Shown: positions 1-13,365, counted from the first letter of the stretch. The stretch is DNA of 64,000 nt from Eledone cirrhosa (GCA_964016885.1 OZ024764.1:3410001-3474000); one strand, 5' to 3'. Notes: generated from the letters alone by a model not told the origin. A program made the numbers and translations.

Positions 1-285
1 GTGGTGGTGGCAGTGGTGTGGTGGTGGTGGTGATAGTGGTGGTGGTGGTGTAGTGGTGATAGTGGTGGTGGTGGTGTAGGTGATAGTGGTAGTGGTGGTG
101 GTGGTGTAGTGGAGGTGGTCGTAGTGTAGTGGTGGTGGTGTAGTAGTGGTGGTGTAATGGTTGTGGTGGTAGTGGTGTAGTGGTGGTAGTGGTGTAATAG
201 TGGTGGTGTAGTGGTGGTGTGGTGGTAGCGGTGGTGGTGTAGTGGTGGTGGTGGTAATGGTGGTAGTGGTGGTGGTGTGGTGGTG
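1..285. repeat. (GGT/AGT)n microsatellite
   Basis: Direct inspection. Confidence 0.95.
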
Positions 286-709
286 ATGAAACCAGTGAAA
301 GGCACTGCCCCAGCGTGGCCACAGTAAAAGAAGGCAGTGCCCCAGCATGGCCACAGTCTAATGACTGAAGCCAGTAAAAGAAGGGAGTGCCCCAGCATGG
401 CCACAGTAATAGAAAGCAGTGCCCCAGCATGGCCACAGTAATAGAAAGCAGTGCCCCAGTATGGCCACAGTAAAAAAAAAAAAAGGTAGTGCCCCAGCAT
501 GGCCACAGTCTGATGAATGAAACTGACCAAGTTTAGACAATTAGAGGGATCTCCACCAGTTTCTATGATGAGTCTGTCAGTTGTTCCACCAATGGAGCAG
601 ACAAAATCAACATATAAGTGGCTGAGCATTCCACAGACACGTGTACCTCTAAGACAGTTCTCAGGGAGATTCAGTGTGTCAACTCTGGCCCCTTGAATTA
701 CAGAAACAA

Positions 710-1490
710 TCAAACCTGTGGTCTTACCACGTAGTTTCTGTCTAACAATGTGACAGCTGTGGCTATGGTAAATGACACAGGTCCCAGACATCAGACAGAA
801 AGGGGTCAAACCTGTGCCCTAATCATTGCTAACTGAAACCCCTTAACCATCCAGCCACACTGTATCAAACTTGTGGTCTTACCACGTAGTTTCTGTCTAA
901 CAATGTGACAGCTGTGGCTATGGTAAATGACACTGGTCCCAGACATCAGACAGAAAGGGGTCAAACCTGTGCCCTAATCATTGCTAACTGAAACCCCTTA
1001 ACCATCCAGCCACACTGTATCAAACTTGTGGTCTTACCACGTAGTTTCTGTCTAACAATGTGACAGCTGTGGCTATGGTAAATGACACTGGTCCCAGACA
1101 TCAGACAGAAAGGGGTCAAACCTGTGCCCTAATCATTGCTAACTGAAACCCCTTAACCATCCAGCCACACTGTATCAAACTTGTGGTCTTACCACGTAGT
1201 TTCTGTCTAACAATGTGACAGCTGTGGCTATGGTAAATGACACTGGTCCCAGACATCAGACAGAAAGGGGTCAAACCTGTGCCCTAATCATTGCTAACTG
1301 AAACCCCTTAACCACCCAGCCACATTGTATCAAACTTGTGGTCTTACCACGTAGTTTCTGTCTAACAATGTGACAGCTGTGGCTATGGTAAATGACACTG
1401 GTCCCAGACATCAGACAGAAAGGGGTCAAACCTGTGCCCTAATCATTGCTAACTGAAACCCCTTAACCATCCAGCCACACTGTATCAAAC
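710..1490 (-). repeat. 152-bp tandem repeat, about 5 copies, containing a tRNA-like SINE head
   Basis: The unit recurs every 152 nt. Its reverse complement carries A-box-like TGGCTGGATGG and B-box-like GGTTTGACCC. Confidence 0.85.
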
Positions 1491-1523
1491 CCATAACAAA
1501 TTAGTTAAGTTGCAATAATTTAC

Positions 1524-1700
1524 CTGTTTTTAAGCGGCCCATCTTAAATCCAGCGTTTTGAAGGGAGCAAGCAAGCCCTATAGAAGGTTGGTCTCCAAGT
1601 CTTCCTGCAGGGCTTGAACTCAACCCCACAGTGATGCAGCCCCGTAAGAAAGTTCCCGTTGTCAAGACAACAGTCTTTCCTAAAATCTTCCGGCCATTCT
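1524..1700 (-). CDS. MTO1: MTO1 exon 6 (gene continues beyond the left edge)
   Basis: ttgtag|[21 protein letters not shown]...[29 protein letters not shown]|gtaaat, containing the VVLTTGTFL and RLKTG motifs. Confidence 0.95.
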
Positions 1701-1821
1701 CTACAAAGTCAGACATTAGATAAGAAATAGTTTGTTTTAAATCACATTGTGTATATATATATGTGTGTTATCATCATCATCATCAACATCTTCGTTTAAC
1801 GTCCATCTTCCACACTATATA

Positions 1822-1852
<31 letters not shown>

Positions 1853-1859
1853 GGCCGAA

Positions 1860-2345
1860 ACAAATGAGATCGTGTAGGTGTCACGACAAAAAAAACACAC
1901 AGTCCACGCTGTAATGTGGCCGTGTAGGCAACACGGTAAAAACCTCCCAGCCCCACACTGTAAATGTGGTTGGTGTTAGGAAGGGCATCCAGCCGTAGAA
2001 AACCCGCCAGACAGTCCACGCTGTAATGTGGCCGTGTAGGCAACACGGTAAAAACCTCCCAGCCCCACACTGTAAATGTGGTTGGTGTTAGGAAGGGCAT
2101 CCAGCTGTAGAAAACCCGCCAGACAGTCCACGCTGTAATGTGGCCATGTAGGCAACACGGTAAAAACCTCCCAGTCCACACTGTAAACGTGGTTGGTGTT
2201 AGGAAGGGCATCCAGCCGTAGAAAACCCGCCAGACAGTCCTATGCGAGCAAGACAACCACTCTTGCCTCAAGTGGGAAAACTCCTGTCCAAACCCATGCA
2301 AGCGTGGAACATGGATGTTAAACGATGATGATGATGATGATGATA
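1860..2345 (+). mobile_element. SINE 3' half with a 121-bp internal triplication and (GAT)n tail
   Basis: ggttggtgttaggaagggcatccagc x3, then aacccatgc..gcgtggaa..gttaaacgatgatg. Confidence 0.8.
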
Positions 2346-2554
2346 TGTATATATGTGTATATATATATATGTATATATGTGTATATATATATGTATATAT
2401 GTGTATATATATGTGTATATGTGTATATATATATGTATATATGTATATATATATGCATATATGTGTATATATATGTATATATGTGTATATATATAGGTAT
2501 ATATGTATATATATATATGTGTATATATATGTATATATAAATTATATATATATA

Positions 2555-2825
2555 TCATCATCATCATCGTTTAACGTCCATCTTCCACACTAGCATGGGT
2601 TAGACGGGAGTTGTCCCACTTGAGGCAAGGTTGGTCAGGTGACCGTGTCTCACTCATATAGGACTATCTGGCAGGTTTCCTATGGCTGGATGCCCTTCCT
2701 AACACCAACCACATTTACAGTGTGGAACTGGGAAATTTTTACCGTGTTACCTACACGGCCACATTACAGCGTGGACTGTGTGTTTTGTTTGTCGTGACAC
2801 CTACACGAACTCGATCTCATTTTCT
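2555..2825 (-). mobile_element. SINE 3' half, inverted relative to 1860-2345
   Basis: catcatcgtttaacgtcc...ggatgcccttcctaacaccaacc. Confidence 0.8.
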
Positions 2826-2861
2826 CGTGCTGTTGGTGGGAGTGGGAGGGTAGGGTATATA

Positions 2862-5093
2862 TGATAATGATAATGAAATTATTGTGTACAGTGCTCAGGT
2901 GCACTACAACTCGTCAAAAGTGTATGTATAGTACATAGAATAATACATAAATGTCAGCGAAGTGAATTAGTGTATGAGTCATAGTATACATGTGTGTATG
3001 TGTATGGAGGGGGAACATTAGCTGTAGTGTTGGCGGATCTCGGGAAGCATGGAAGCCTTAAAGGATGCAGTGTCTCGACAGCTAACAACAGATGCAGGTA
3101 GTTTGTTCCATGGAGGTTTTAAAGGATGCAGTGTCTCGACAGCTAACAACTGATGCAGGTAGTTTGTTCCATGGAGGTTTTAAAGGATGCAGTGTCTCGA
3201 CAGCTAACAACTGATGCAGGTAGTTTATTCCATGGAGGTTTTAAAGGATGCAGTGTCTCGACAGCTAACACTGATGCAGGTAGTTTGTTCCATGGAGGTT
3301 TTAAAGGATGCAGTGTCTCGACAGCTAACAACTGATGCAGGTAGTTTGTTCCATGGAGGTTTTAAAGGATGCAGTGTCTCGACAGCTAACAACTGATGCA
3401 GGTAGTTTGTTCCATGGAGGTTTTAAAGGATGCAGTGTCTCGACAGCTAACAACTGATGCAGGTAGTTTGTTCCATGGAGGTTTTAAAGGATGCAGTGTC
3501 TCGACAGCTAACATCTGATGCAGGTAGTTTGTTCCATGGAGGTTTTAAAGGATGCAGTGTCTCGACAGCTAACAACTGATGCAGGTAGTTTGTTCCATGG
3601 AGGTTTTAAAGGATGCAGTGTCTCGACAGCTAACAACTGATGCAGGTAGTTTATTCCATGGAGGTTTTAAAGGATGCAGTGTCTCGACAGCTAACACTGA
3701 TGCAGGTAGTTTGTTCCATGGAGGTTTTAAAGGATGCAGTGTCTCGACAGCTAACAACTGATGCAGGTAGTTTGTTCCATGGAGGTTTTAAAGGATGCAG
3801 TGTCTCGACAGCTAACAACTGATGCAGGTAGTTTGTTCCATGGAGGTTTTAAAGGATGCAGTGTCTCGACAGCTAACAACTGATGCAGGTAGTTTGTTCC
3901 ATGGAGGTTTTAAAGGATGCAGTGTCTCGACAGCTAACATCTGATGCAGGTAGTTTGTTCCATGGAGGTTTTAAAGGATGCAGTGTCTCGACAGCTAACA
4001 ACTGATGCAGGTAGTTTGTTCCATGGAGGTTTTAAAGGATGCAGTGTCTCGACAGCTAACAACTGATGCAGGTAGTTTGTTCCATGGAGGTTTTAAAGGA
4101 TGCAGTGTCTCGACAGCTAACAACTGATGCAGGTAGTTTGTTCCATGGAGGTTTTAAAGGATGCAGTGTCTCGACAGCTAACAACTGATGCAGGTAGTTT
4201 GTTCCATGGAGGTTTTAAAGGATGCAGTGTCTCGACAGCTAACAACTGATGCAGGTAGTTTGTTCCATGGAGGTTTTAAAGGATGCAGTGTCTCGACAGC
4301 TAACAACTGATGCAGGTAGTTTGTTCCATGCTTCAGCAACTCTGAGCGTGAAAAAATGTTTCCGAAAGTCATGGGAACTGTGCTGTTTTCTTACTTTGTG
4401 GGCATGTCCACGTGTGTTAGACACATGGAAATCAAAAAGGTACTTAGGGTTGTTGTTGGCAAGATGGTTAACAATTTTGTGGGTGTTTACCAAGTCAGTT
4501 GCCAGGCGTCGGAGCTTCAATGAATCCATGCCCAGGGAAGCAGGGCGCTCAGAGTATGGTAGATGCCTGATGGAGGGTATTCGCTTGGTTGCACGTCTCT
4601 GAACAGTTTCCAGGCGGTCAATATTCTGAGCAAGATAGGGGTTCCAGACTGGTGATGCAAATTCTAAGTGTGGCCGCACCATAGCCATGTACAGCCTTAA
4701 ATAGATAGCTGGAGAGCGGCTGACAAAGGTCTTGCTGAGTGATGCTAAGACACCCTCGGCCTTCTTGACAATTTTAGAAACGTGCTTCGTCCAACGCAAA
4801 TCGCTGCTGACCGTAATGCCCAGGTCACGTTCACAAGAAGACTTCTTGATATTAGTATGTGGACACTGGGTTTTTACTCCCAAAATGCATGGTGGTGCAC
4901 TTGTCCACAGTTGCTTGAGTTGCCAGTCTGAGATCCATTGTTGCATTGTGTCCAGGTCAGACTGAAAGCAAGATCTATAGTGTTCAGGATCTGTCCTTTT
5001 TATCTCAAGGTACAGCTTGATGTCATCTGCGTACTTTAGTACCATGGCATTCTTTAAGTTGGCATCTATGTCATTAATATATGTCACAAACAT
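2862..5093 (-). mobile_element. CR1-clade LINE 3' fragment (RT C-terminus and 3' UTR)
   Basis: YINDI..KYADDIKL, ERDLGI, VRPHLEFASPVWNPY, LETVQRRATK, TRGH, FFTLRVAEAWNKLP. Ends in a short cattat tail. Confidence 0.9.
3048..4330. repeat. 61-bp minisatellite (about 21 copies) amplified inside the CR1 ORF2 end
   Basis: Unit ggaggttttaaaggatgcagtgtctcgacagctaacaactgatgcaggtagtttgttccat. Confidence 0.97.
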
Positions 5094-5549
5094 GGCGTGG
5101 ACTGTGTGTTTTTTTGTTGGGACACTTACATGACCTCATTTATTTTGGACTGGATGTTGTGGTACCATCATAACTTTACAGAGAAAGGGGTGGTGTTGAC
5201 GGGAGTGGAAGGGTAGAGTAGAGGTAGTGGGTTGGGGTGTATGTTTGGTTTGGAGGGGTCTACTGACTGTAGGTTAACTTGCACGTAGGGAAGGCGGGTC
5301 TTCTGTATTACCGTGTGGCGCCAAAGATCTTGATCCATTGACATTGTCTTAGTGAGGTGTAAGTGTGTAAGGGTGCAAGGTTGGAATTTATCAAATCATC
5401 CCAGGTTTTTCTGGGTCTACCTACTCCGTAACTTCCATCAATTTTGATCGCCCTGCAATTTTTTATGCAGCTGTCGTCTTTCATGCACATATATATATAT
5501 GTAAAAGGTAAACAGAAATAACAACACAATTGGTACAGTATACGGAAGG

Positions 5550-5630
5550 GATTTATTAGGTTAACGCTTGATATATCAGGAAGAGGGTCAGAATGTTTCG
5601 GACGCTAGTCCTTCATCAGAAGAAAGACTG
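5550..5630 (-). ncRNA. Hammerhead-like core in a Penelope pLTR-like segment
   Basis: Reverse complement: CTGATGA-A-GGAC-tagc-GTCC-GAAACATTC, with AATAAA about 35 nt downstream. Stem I is not evident. Confidence 0.4.
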
Positions 5631-5679
5631 AGGAATAAGATAGATTGAGGGGACGGGTGGGATGGAATTGGAGTATATA

Positions 5680-6137
5680 CCGGGTGATGTGTTGTTTCCT
5701 TGAGCAAGACGCTTTATTTCACATTGCTCCAGTTTACTCAGCTGTAGAAATGAGATGATAGGGACTGGGGTCCCTATCATTCCACTGCAAAGTGGTCGTG
5801 GAGGTGCCACGGCAAAAAAAGCACCCAGCACTCATTGTAAATGAGGTTGGTGTTAGGAAGGGCATCCAGCTGTAGAAATGAGATGATGGGGACTGGGGTC
5901 CCTATCATTCCACTGCAAAGTGGTCGTGGAGGTGCCACGGCAAAAAAAGCACCCAGCACTCATTGTAAATGAGGTTGGTGTTAGGAAGGGCATCCAGCTG
6001 TAGAAATCAAGCCAGAATCAGTTCCCGTATGAGCAAGACAAGGTCAGCTGACCGGACACTGCCCACAACAGGACAACCCGTCTAACCCATGCTAGCGTGG
6101 AAGAACGAACGTAAAACGGTGATAATGATGATGATGA
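5680..6137 (+). mobile_element. 5'-truncated tRNA-SINE with a 121-bp internal duplication
   Basis: ccttgagcaagac core, gttaggaagggcatccagc x2, (GAT)n tail. Confidence 0.8.
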
Positions 6138-6565
6138 TATGTGTGTATAAGCAAAAACAAAGGGAAATAACCTATGCGTTACTCGTTTAGTGGTTATCAT
6201 CGCTATACACTCCTGTTTTTGCTGTGAGCTGTAGAAGCTGGATTCTTACAGAATACCAATTATGTTTATGAGATGTTAAACTTATTAACATATAAAGTGG
6301 TTATGTAGGAGACATGACAAAAAGCACCCAGTCCTCACTGTAAATGTGGTTCGTGTTAGGACGAGCATCCATCCGTAGAGACCAAGCCCAAATCAGTTCT
6401 ATATGAGTGAATTCAGTCCCCTAAGCTGTTACCTCACAAAGGGACAGCCTGTCTAACCCATGCTAGCGTGGAAGATGGACGTTAAACGATGATGATGATG
6501 ATGTATATATATATCCACAGAACCAATAAAACAATAAGACTGTAACAAAATAGGTCGTTACTCAC

Positions 6566-6737
6566 CTAGCTGGACCCCATAACATTGTTGTGTGGCCACA
6601 GTGTGTTCTTGTGAAAGGGGTTGCCTCAGTAGAATATCTTCAACGGGGCTCTCCATCACTGACAAACCAGGGGTTGTATGGAGGGTTTTCTGGATAAACT
6701 TACGGTACAACATTCGGTCAATTTGGGCACGTGGACC
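6566..6737 (-). CDS. MTO1: MTO1 exon 5
   Basis: ttgcag|GPRAQIDRMLYRKFIQKTLHTTPGLSVMESPVEDILL...CYGVQL-G|gtgagt, containing the RAQID motif. Confidence 0.95.
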
Positions 6738-6747
6738 CTGCAAATAT

Positions 6748-9700
6748 CATTACTCTATATATACTATTGTATTTTCACAGTAAAGGCTTTACCTCACATA
6801 ACATTTACATTACTCTATATATACTATTGTATTTTTACAGTAAAGTCTTTACCTCACATAATATCTCACATAACATTTACATTACTCTATATATACTATT
6901 GTATTGTCACAGTAAAGGCTTTACCTCACATAATATCTCACATAACATTTACATTACTCTATATATACTATTGTATTTTCACAGTAAAGTCTTTACCTCA
7001 CATAATATCTCACATAACATTTACACTACTCTATATATACTATTGTATTTTCACAGTAAAGTCTTTACCTCACATAATATCTCACATAACATTTACATTA
7101 CTCTATATATACTATTGTATTGTCACAGTAAAGGCTTTACCTCACATAATATCTCACATAACATTTACATTACTCTATATATACTATTGTATTTTCACAG
7201 TAAAGTCTTTACCTCACATATATCTCACATAACATTTACATTACTCTATATATACTATTGTATTTTCACAGTAAAGTCTTTACCTCACATATATCTCACA
7301 TAACATTTACATTACTCTATATATACTATTGTATTTCCAGAGTAAAGGCTTTACCTCACATAATATCTCACATAACATTTACATTACTCTATATATACTA
7401 TTGTATCTTCACAGTAAAGTCTTTACCTCACATATATCTCACATAACATTTACATTACTCTATATATACTACTGTATTTTCACAGTAAAGGCTTTACCTC
7501 ACATAATATCTCACATAACATTTACATTACTCTATATATACTATTGTTTTTTCACAGTAAAGGCTTTACCTCACATAATATCTCACATAACATTTACATT
7601 ACTCTATATATACTATTGTATTGTCACAGTAAAGGCTTTACCTCACATAACATTTACATTACTCTATATATACTATTGTATTTTCACAGTAAAGGCTTTA
7701 CCTCACATAATATCTCACATAACATTTACATTACTCTATATATACTATTGTATTTTCACAGTAAAGGCTTTACCTCACATAATATCTCACATAACATTTA
7801 CATTACTCTATATATACTATTGTATTGTCACAGTAAAGGCTTTACCTCACATAATATCTCACATAACATTTACATTACTCTATATATACTATTGTATTTT
7901 CACAGTAAAGTCTTTACCTCACATAATATCTCACATAACATTTACACTACTCTATATATACTATTGTATTTTCACAGTAAAGTCTTTACCTCACATAATA
8001 TCTCACATAACATTTACATTACTCTATATATACTATTGTATTGTCACAGTAAAGGCTTTACCTCACATAATATCTCACATAACATTTACATTACTCTATA
8101 TATACTATTGTATTTTCACAGTAAAGTCTTTACCTCACATATATCTCACATAACATTTACATTACTCTATATATACTATTGTATTTTCACAGTAAAGTCT
8201 TTACCTCACATATATCTCACATAACATTTACATTACTCTATATATACTATTGTATTTCCAGAGTAAAGGCTTTACCTCACATAATATCTCACATAACATT
8301 TACATTACTCTATATATACTATTGTATCTTCACAGTAAAGTCTTTACCTCACATATATCTCACATAACATTTACATTACTCTATATATACTACTGTATTT
8401 TCACAGTAAAGGCTTTACCTCACATAATATCTCACATAACATTTACATTACTCTATATATACTATTGTTTTTTCACAGTAAAGGCTTTACCTCACATAAT
8501 ATCTCACATAACATTTACATTACTCTATATATACTATTGTATTGTCACAGTAAAGGCTTTACCTCACATAACATTTACATTACTCTATATATACTATTGT
8601 ATTTTCACAGTAAAGGCTTTACCTCACATAATATCTCACATAACATTTACATTACTCTATATATACTATTGTATTTTCACAGTAAAGGCTTTACCTCACA
8701 TAATATCTCACATAACATTTACATTACTCTATATATACTATTGTTTTTTCACAGTAAAGGCTTTACCTCACATAATATCTCACATAACATTTACATTACT
8801 CTATATATACTATTGTATTGTCACAGTAAAGGCTTTACCTCACATAACATTTACATTACTCTATATATACTATTGTATTTTCACAGTAAAGGCTTTACCT
8901 CACATAATATCTCACATAACATTTACATTACTCTATATATACTATTGTTTTTTCACAGTAAAGGCTTTACCTCACATAATATCTCACATAACATTTACAT
9001 TACTCTATATATACTATTGTATTGTCACAGTAAAGGCTTTACCTCACATAACATTTACATTACTCTATATATACTATTGTATTTCCAGAGTAAAGGCTTT
9101 ACCTCACATAATATCTCACATAACATTTACATTACTCTATATATACTATTGTATCTTCACAGTAAAGTCTTTACCTCACATATATCTCACATAACATTTA
9201 CATTACTCTATATATACTACTGTATTTTCACAGTAAAGGCTTTACCTCACATAATATCTCACATAACATTTACATTACTCTATATATACTATTGTTTTTT
9301 CACAGTAAAGGCTTTACCTCACATAATATCTCACATAACATTTACATTACTCTATATATACTATTGTATTGTCACAGTAAAGGCTTTACCTCACATAACA
9401 TTTACATTACTCTATATATACTATTGTATTTTCACAGTAAAGGCTTTACCTCACATAATATCTCACATAACATTTACATTACTCTATATATACTATTGTA
9501 TTTTCACAGTAAAGGCTTTACCTCACATAATATCTCACATAACATTTACATTACTCTATATATACTATTGTATTTTCACAGTAAAGGCTTTACCTCACAT
9601 AATATCTCACATAACATTTACATTACTCTATATATACTATTGTATTGTCACAGTAAAGGCTTTACCTCACATAATATCTCGCATAACATTTACATTACTC

Positions 9701-9838
9701 TATATATACTATTGTATTTTCACAGTAAAGGCTTTACCTCTCATAATATCTCACATAACATTTACATTACTCTATATATACTATTGTATTGTCACAGTAA
9801 AGGCTTTACCTCACATAATATCTCACATAACATTTACA
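6748..9838. repeat. 71/72-bp satellite (over 40 units, some 60-bp variants) in MTO1 intron 4
   Basis: Unit cattactctatatatactattgtattttcacagtaaaggctttacctcacataatatctcacataacattta. Confidence 0.97.
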
Positions 9839-9906
9839 TACCTCATATATACACACACATATACATATACATATACACACATATACATACACACATACAT
9901 ACACAA

Positions 9907-9939
<33 letters not shown>

Positions 9940-9998
9940 CACAAACGCACACATATATATACACACACACATATATAGACACACACACACATATATAT

Positions 9999-10033
<35 letters not shown>

Positions 10034-10118
10034 TATATACATATACACACCAAAATGCCGTCCCCTCCTCCCAGTTACGCCAGAAAGACAGTTACCCCTC
10101 AAGTTGACCCTTACTTAC

Positions 10119-10174
10119 CCAAACAGCTGGCCCCTTCTTCGTATTCAACATTCTATAGTTGATTCCTGTTTCAT
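10119..10174 (-). CDS. MTO1: MTO1 exon 4
   Basis: tttcag|AT GAA... encodes DETGINYRMLNTKKGPAVW|gtaagt, the conserved LNxxKGPAV motif. Phases are consistent. Confidence 0.93.
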
Positions 10175-10804
10175 CTGAAATGGGAGAAAGTTCAGTTTAG
10201 GGAACTACTAATTTTTATAACAACAAAAAGGGGTTTTCTTCTCCCACATACTAACTATAGTTAAGGCACATGGCTTAGTGGTTAGAGCATTGGGCTTGCA
10301 ATCGAAAGGTTGTGAGTTCAATTCTCAGACCGGGTGATGTGTTGTTTCCTTGAGCAAGACACTTTATTTCACATTGCTCCAGTTTACTCAGCTGTAGAAA
10401 TGAGATGATAGGGACTGGGGTCCCTATCACTGAATCACCCAAGACACCTCCAACAAGATATACCTTGGAGGAGGCCAGCTAAACCTGCATAGGTGGGCGC
10501 TGTCACATACATATATAGAGTATAGAGTGTATGTAATGATAGGGGTCCCTATCATTAAATCACCCAAGACACCTCCAACGAGATATACCTTGGAGGCCAG
10601 CTAAACCTGCATAGGTGGGCGCTGTCACATACACACACATACAACTATAAACCTTGGGTACACCCAAGGTGTAATGAGAGAACAGGTAGACTAACCAGAA
10701 GGGAGGACTTTGTATACAGAGATCTTCTGGGTTGATTGATAGTGTGTTGGTGATAGAAACCATTCCCAGCCACATGAAGGACCCATATGATGTCTAAGTG
10801 TAAA

Positions 10805-11465
10805 GTCTGTCTTAAGCCAGAAGACTTGTTTGGCTGGTACTTATCCCGGTTTCATGGTGTGAAGTGACAGAGAGTGCAAGACTTCCCCCCTGGACAGGAC
10901 ACCAGCCCAACACAGGGTTAAACCCCCAGCTATTACTGGTACTTATCCCGGTTTCATGGTGTGCAGTGACTGAGAGTACAAGACTTCCCCCCTGGCCAGG
11001 ACACCAGTCCAACACAGGGTTAAACCCCCAGCTATTACTGGTACTTATCCCAGTTTCATGGCCTGAAGTGACAGAGTACAAGACTTCCCGCCTGGACAGG
11101 ACACCAGTCCAACACAGGGTTAAACCCCCAACTATTACTAATACGTATCCCAGTTTCATGTCCTGAAGACTTCCCTCCTGGACAGGACACCAATCTATCA
11201 CAAGGTTAAACCCCCAGCTATTGTTGGTACTTATCCTGGTTTCATGGCGTTAAGTGACTGAAAGTACAAGACTCCCCTGGACAGGACACCAGTCCATCAC
11301 AGGGTTAAACCCCCAGCTATTACTGGTACTCATTTACAGCTGAGTATACTGGAGCAACGTGAAATGAAGTATTTTGCTCAAGAACACAACACACAACCCA
11401 GGAATCAAACCTACGACATTATGATTGTACATCCAACACCCTTACCACTAAGCCACGTGCCTCCA
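10805..11465 (-). mobile_element. tRNA-SINE (third family) with about 102-bp tandem amplification of its 3' part
   Basis: Reverse complement has A box GTGGCTTAGTGG, B box GGTTTGATTCC and repeated aaccctgtg.tggactggtgtcctgtccagg. A homologue lies at 46575-46797. Confidence 0.8.
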
Positions 11466-11835
11466 CATACGAGGTACACAATATAAATCTTGGGTACACA
11501 AGAGATGTAGTGAGGTAACATGTAGACTAACAGGAAGGGTAGGACTTTGTATGTAGAGATCTTCTGGGCCAATTGATAGTGTGTTGGTAATATAAAACTT
11601 TCCCAGTCACATGAAGGAGGCACAGAAGTTGTTTATAGAGTCTGTTATAGGGTCCCAAATAATAGGGGAGGCTGGAATAAGTGTGTGTGTGTGGGGTGGG
11701 GTGGGTGGTGAAATAAGCAGGGGTGGTTGGATATTTGTTTAAATGCTTATAAGCAGGGGGTGGAATCAGTAATTGTATAGGGTACGTTCGTAAATAAGGG
11801 CTTTCTTGTAATGTTCTGTTTTTTTGTCATATATA

Positions 11836-12490
11836 ATTGTTTCTACTTTAGGCACAAGGCCAGCAATTATCCCAGTGTATTACTGGTACTTTATTTTATC
11901 GACCCCATAATAATTGTTCCTACTTTTGGCACAAGGCCAGCAATTATCCCAGTGTATTACTGGTACTTTATTTTATCGACCCCATAATAATTGTTCCTAC
12001 TTTTGGCACAAGGCCAGCAATTATACCAGTGTATTACTGGTACTTTATTTTATCGACCCCATAATAATTGTTCCTACTTTTGGCACAAGGCCAGCAATTA
12101 TCCCAGTACATTACTGGTACTTTATTTTATCGACCCCGTAATAATTGTTTCTACTTTTGGCACAAGGCCAGCAATTATCCCAGTACATTACTGGTACTTT
12201 ATTTTATCGACCCCGTAATAACTGTTTCTACTTTAGGCACAAGGCCAGCAATTATTCCAGTGTATTACTGGTACTTTATTTTATCGACCCCGTAAGAATT
12301 GTTTCTACTTTTGGCACAAGGCCAGCAATTATTCCAGTGTATTACTGGTACTTTATTTTATCAACCACAGTAAGGATGAAAGGCAAAGTTAACCTTGTAA
12401 AGGGACTTGAACTGTCTGTAAAGGGACGTAACTCTATGCCGCAAAGCATGGCGTCCGACCCTCTACCGATACGGCCAATCCACCGCCGTC
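11836..12490 (-). mobile_element. tRNA-SINE (Deu/Nin-like central domain) with a 77-bp tandem of its tail (about 7 copies)
   Basis: Reverse complement has gcctttcatcctta..ggtcgataaaataaagtaccagtaa. Further copies near 21670, 34320, 41215, 43100, 47840, 48025, 49465 and 53430-54110. Confidence 0.8.
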
Positions 12491-12671
12491 ATATATAATG
12501 TTGGTTTTAATGTAAAATATAATTGTTATTAGATTCTCCAGCTGCTGTTTTGATATGTAGCGGTCTTACAGCATAGTCACCTTCATCCAAGTGATCCAAC
12601 TACAGGAGACATCATCAGTGTTGTATCCTGGAGTCACTGGTTGCTTCAGAATGACTCTTAAAGCAGGCATC

Positions 12672-13365
12672 GTTTGTTAAGTTATGTTCCAAACACCAAC
12701 TGTGCCTTTCATTAGAAATATGGTAATGAAAGAACCTTTGTTAAGTTATGTTCCAAACACCAACAGTGTCTTTCATTAGAAATATGGTAATGAAAGGGTT
12801 AAAGTGTTTATATTTATCTAAAAACCTTCCATCATAATTTTATGTAAGAACCTTTGTTAAGTTGTGTTCCAAACACCAACAGTGTCTTTCATTAGAAATA
12901 TGGTAATGTAAGAACCTTTGTTAAGTTATGTTCCAAACACCAACAGTGTCTTTCATTAGAAATATGGTAATGAAAGAACCTTTGTTAAGTTATGTTCCAA
13001 ACACCAACAGTGTCTTTCATTAGAAATATGGTAATGAAAGAACCTTTGTTAAGTTGTGTTCCAAACACCAACAGTGTCTTTCATTAGAAATATGGTAATG
13101 AAAGAACCTTTGTTAAGTTATGTTCCAAACACCAACAGTGTATTTCACTAGAAATATGGTAATGAAAGAACCTTTGTTAAGTTGTGTTCCAAACACCAAC
13201 TGTGCCTTTCATTAGAAATATGGTAATGAAAGAACCTTTGTTAAGTTGTGTTCCAAACACCAACAGTGTCTTTCATTAGAAATATGGTAATGAAAGAACC
13301 TTTGTTAAGTTATGTTCCAAACACCAACAGAGTCTTTCATTAGAAATATGATAATGAAAGGGTTA
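12672..13365. repeat. 62-bp minisatellite ending in a piggyBac-type terminus (AAAGGG-TTAA)
   Basis: Unit aagaacctttgttaagttatgttccaaacaccaacagtgtctttcattagaaatatggtaatga. gaaagggttaa occurs at about 12800 and 13360. Confidence 0.85.

Noticed and set aside
6678-10162. Long ORFs (up to 565 aa) of HITFTLLYIYY repeats
   Set aside because: Translations of the 72-bp satellite, antisense within an MTO1 intron.
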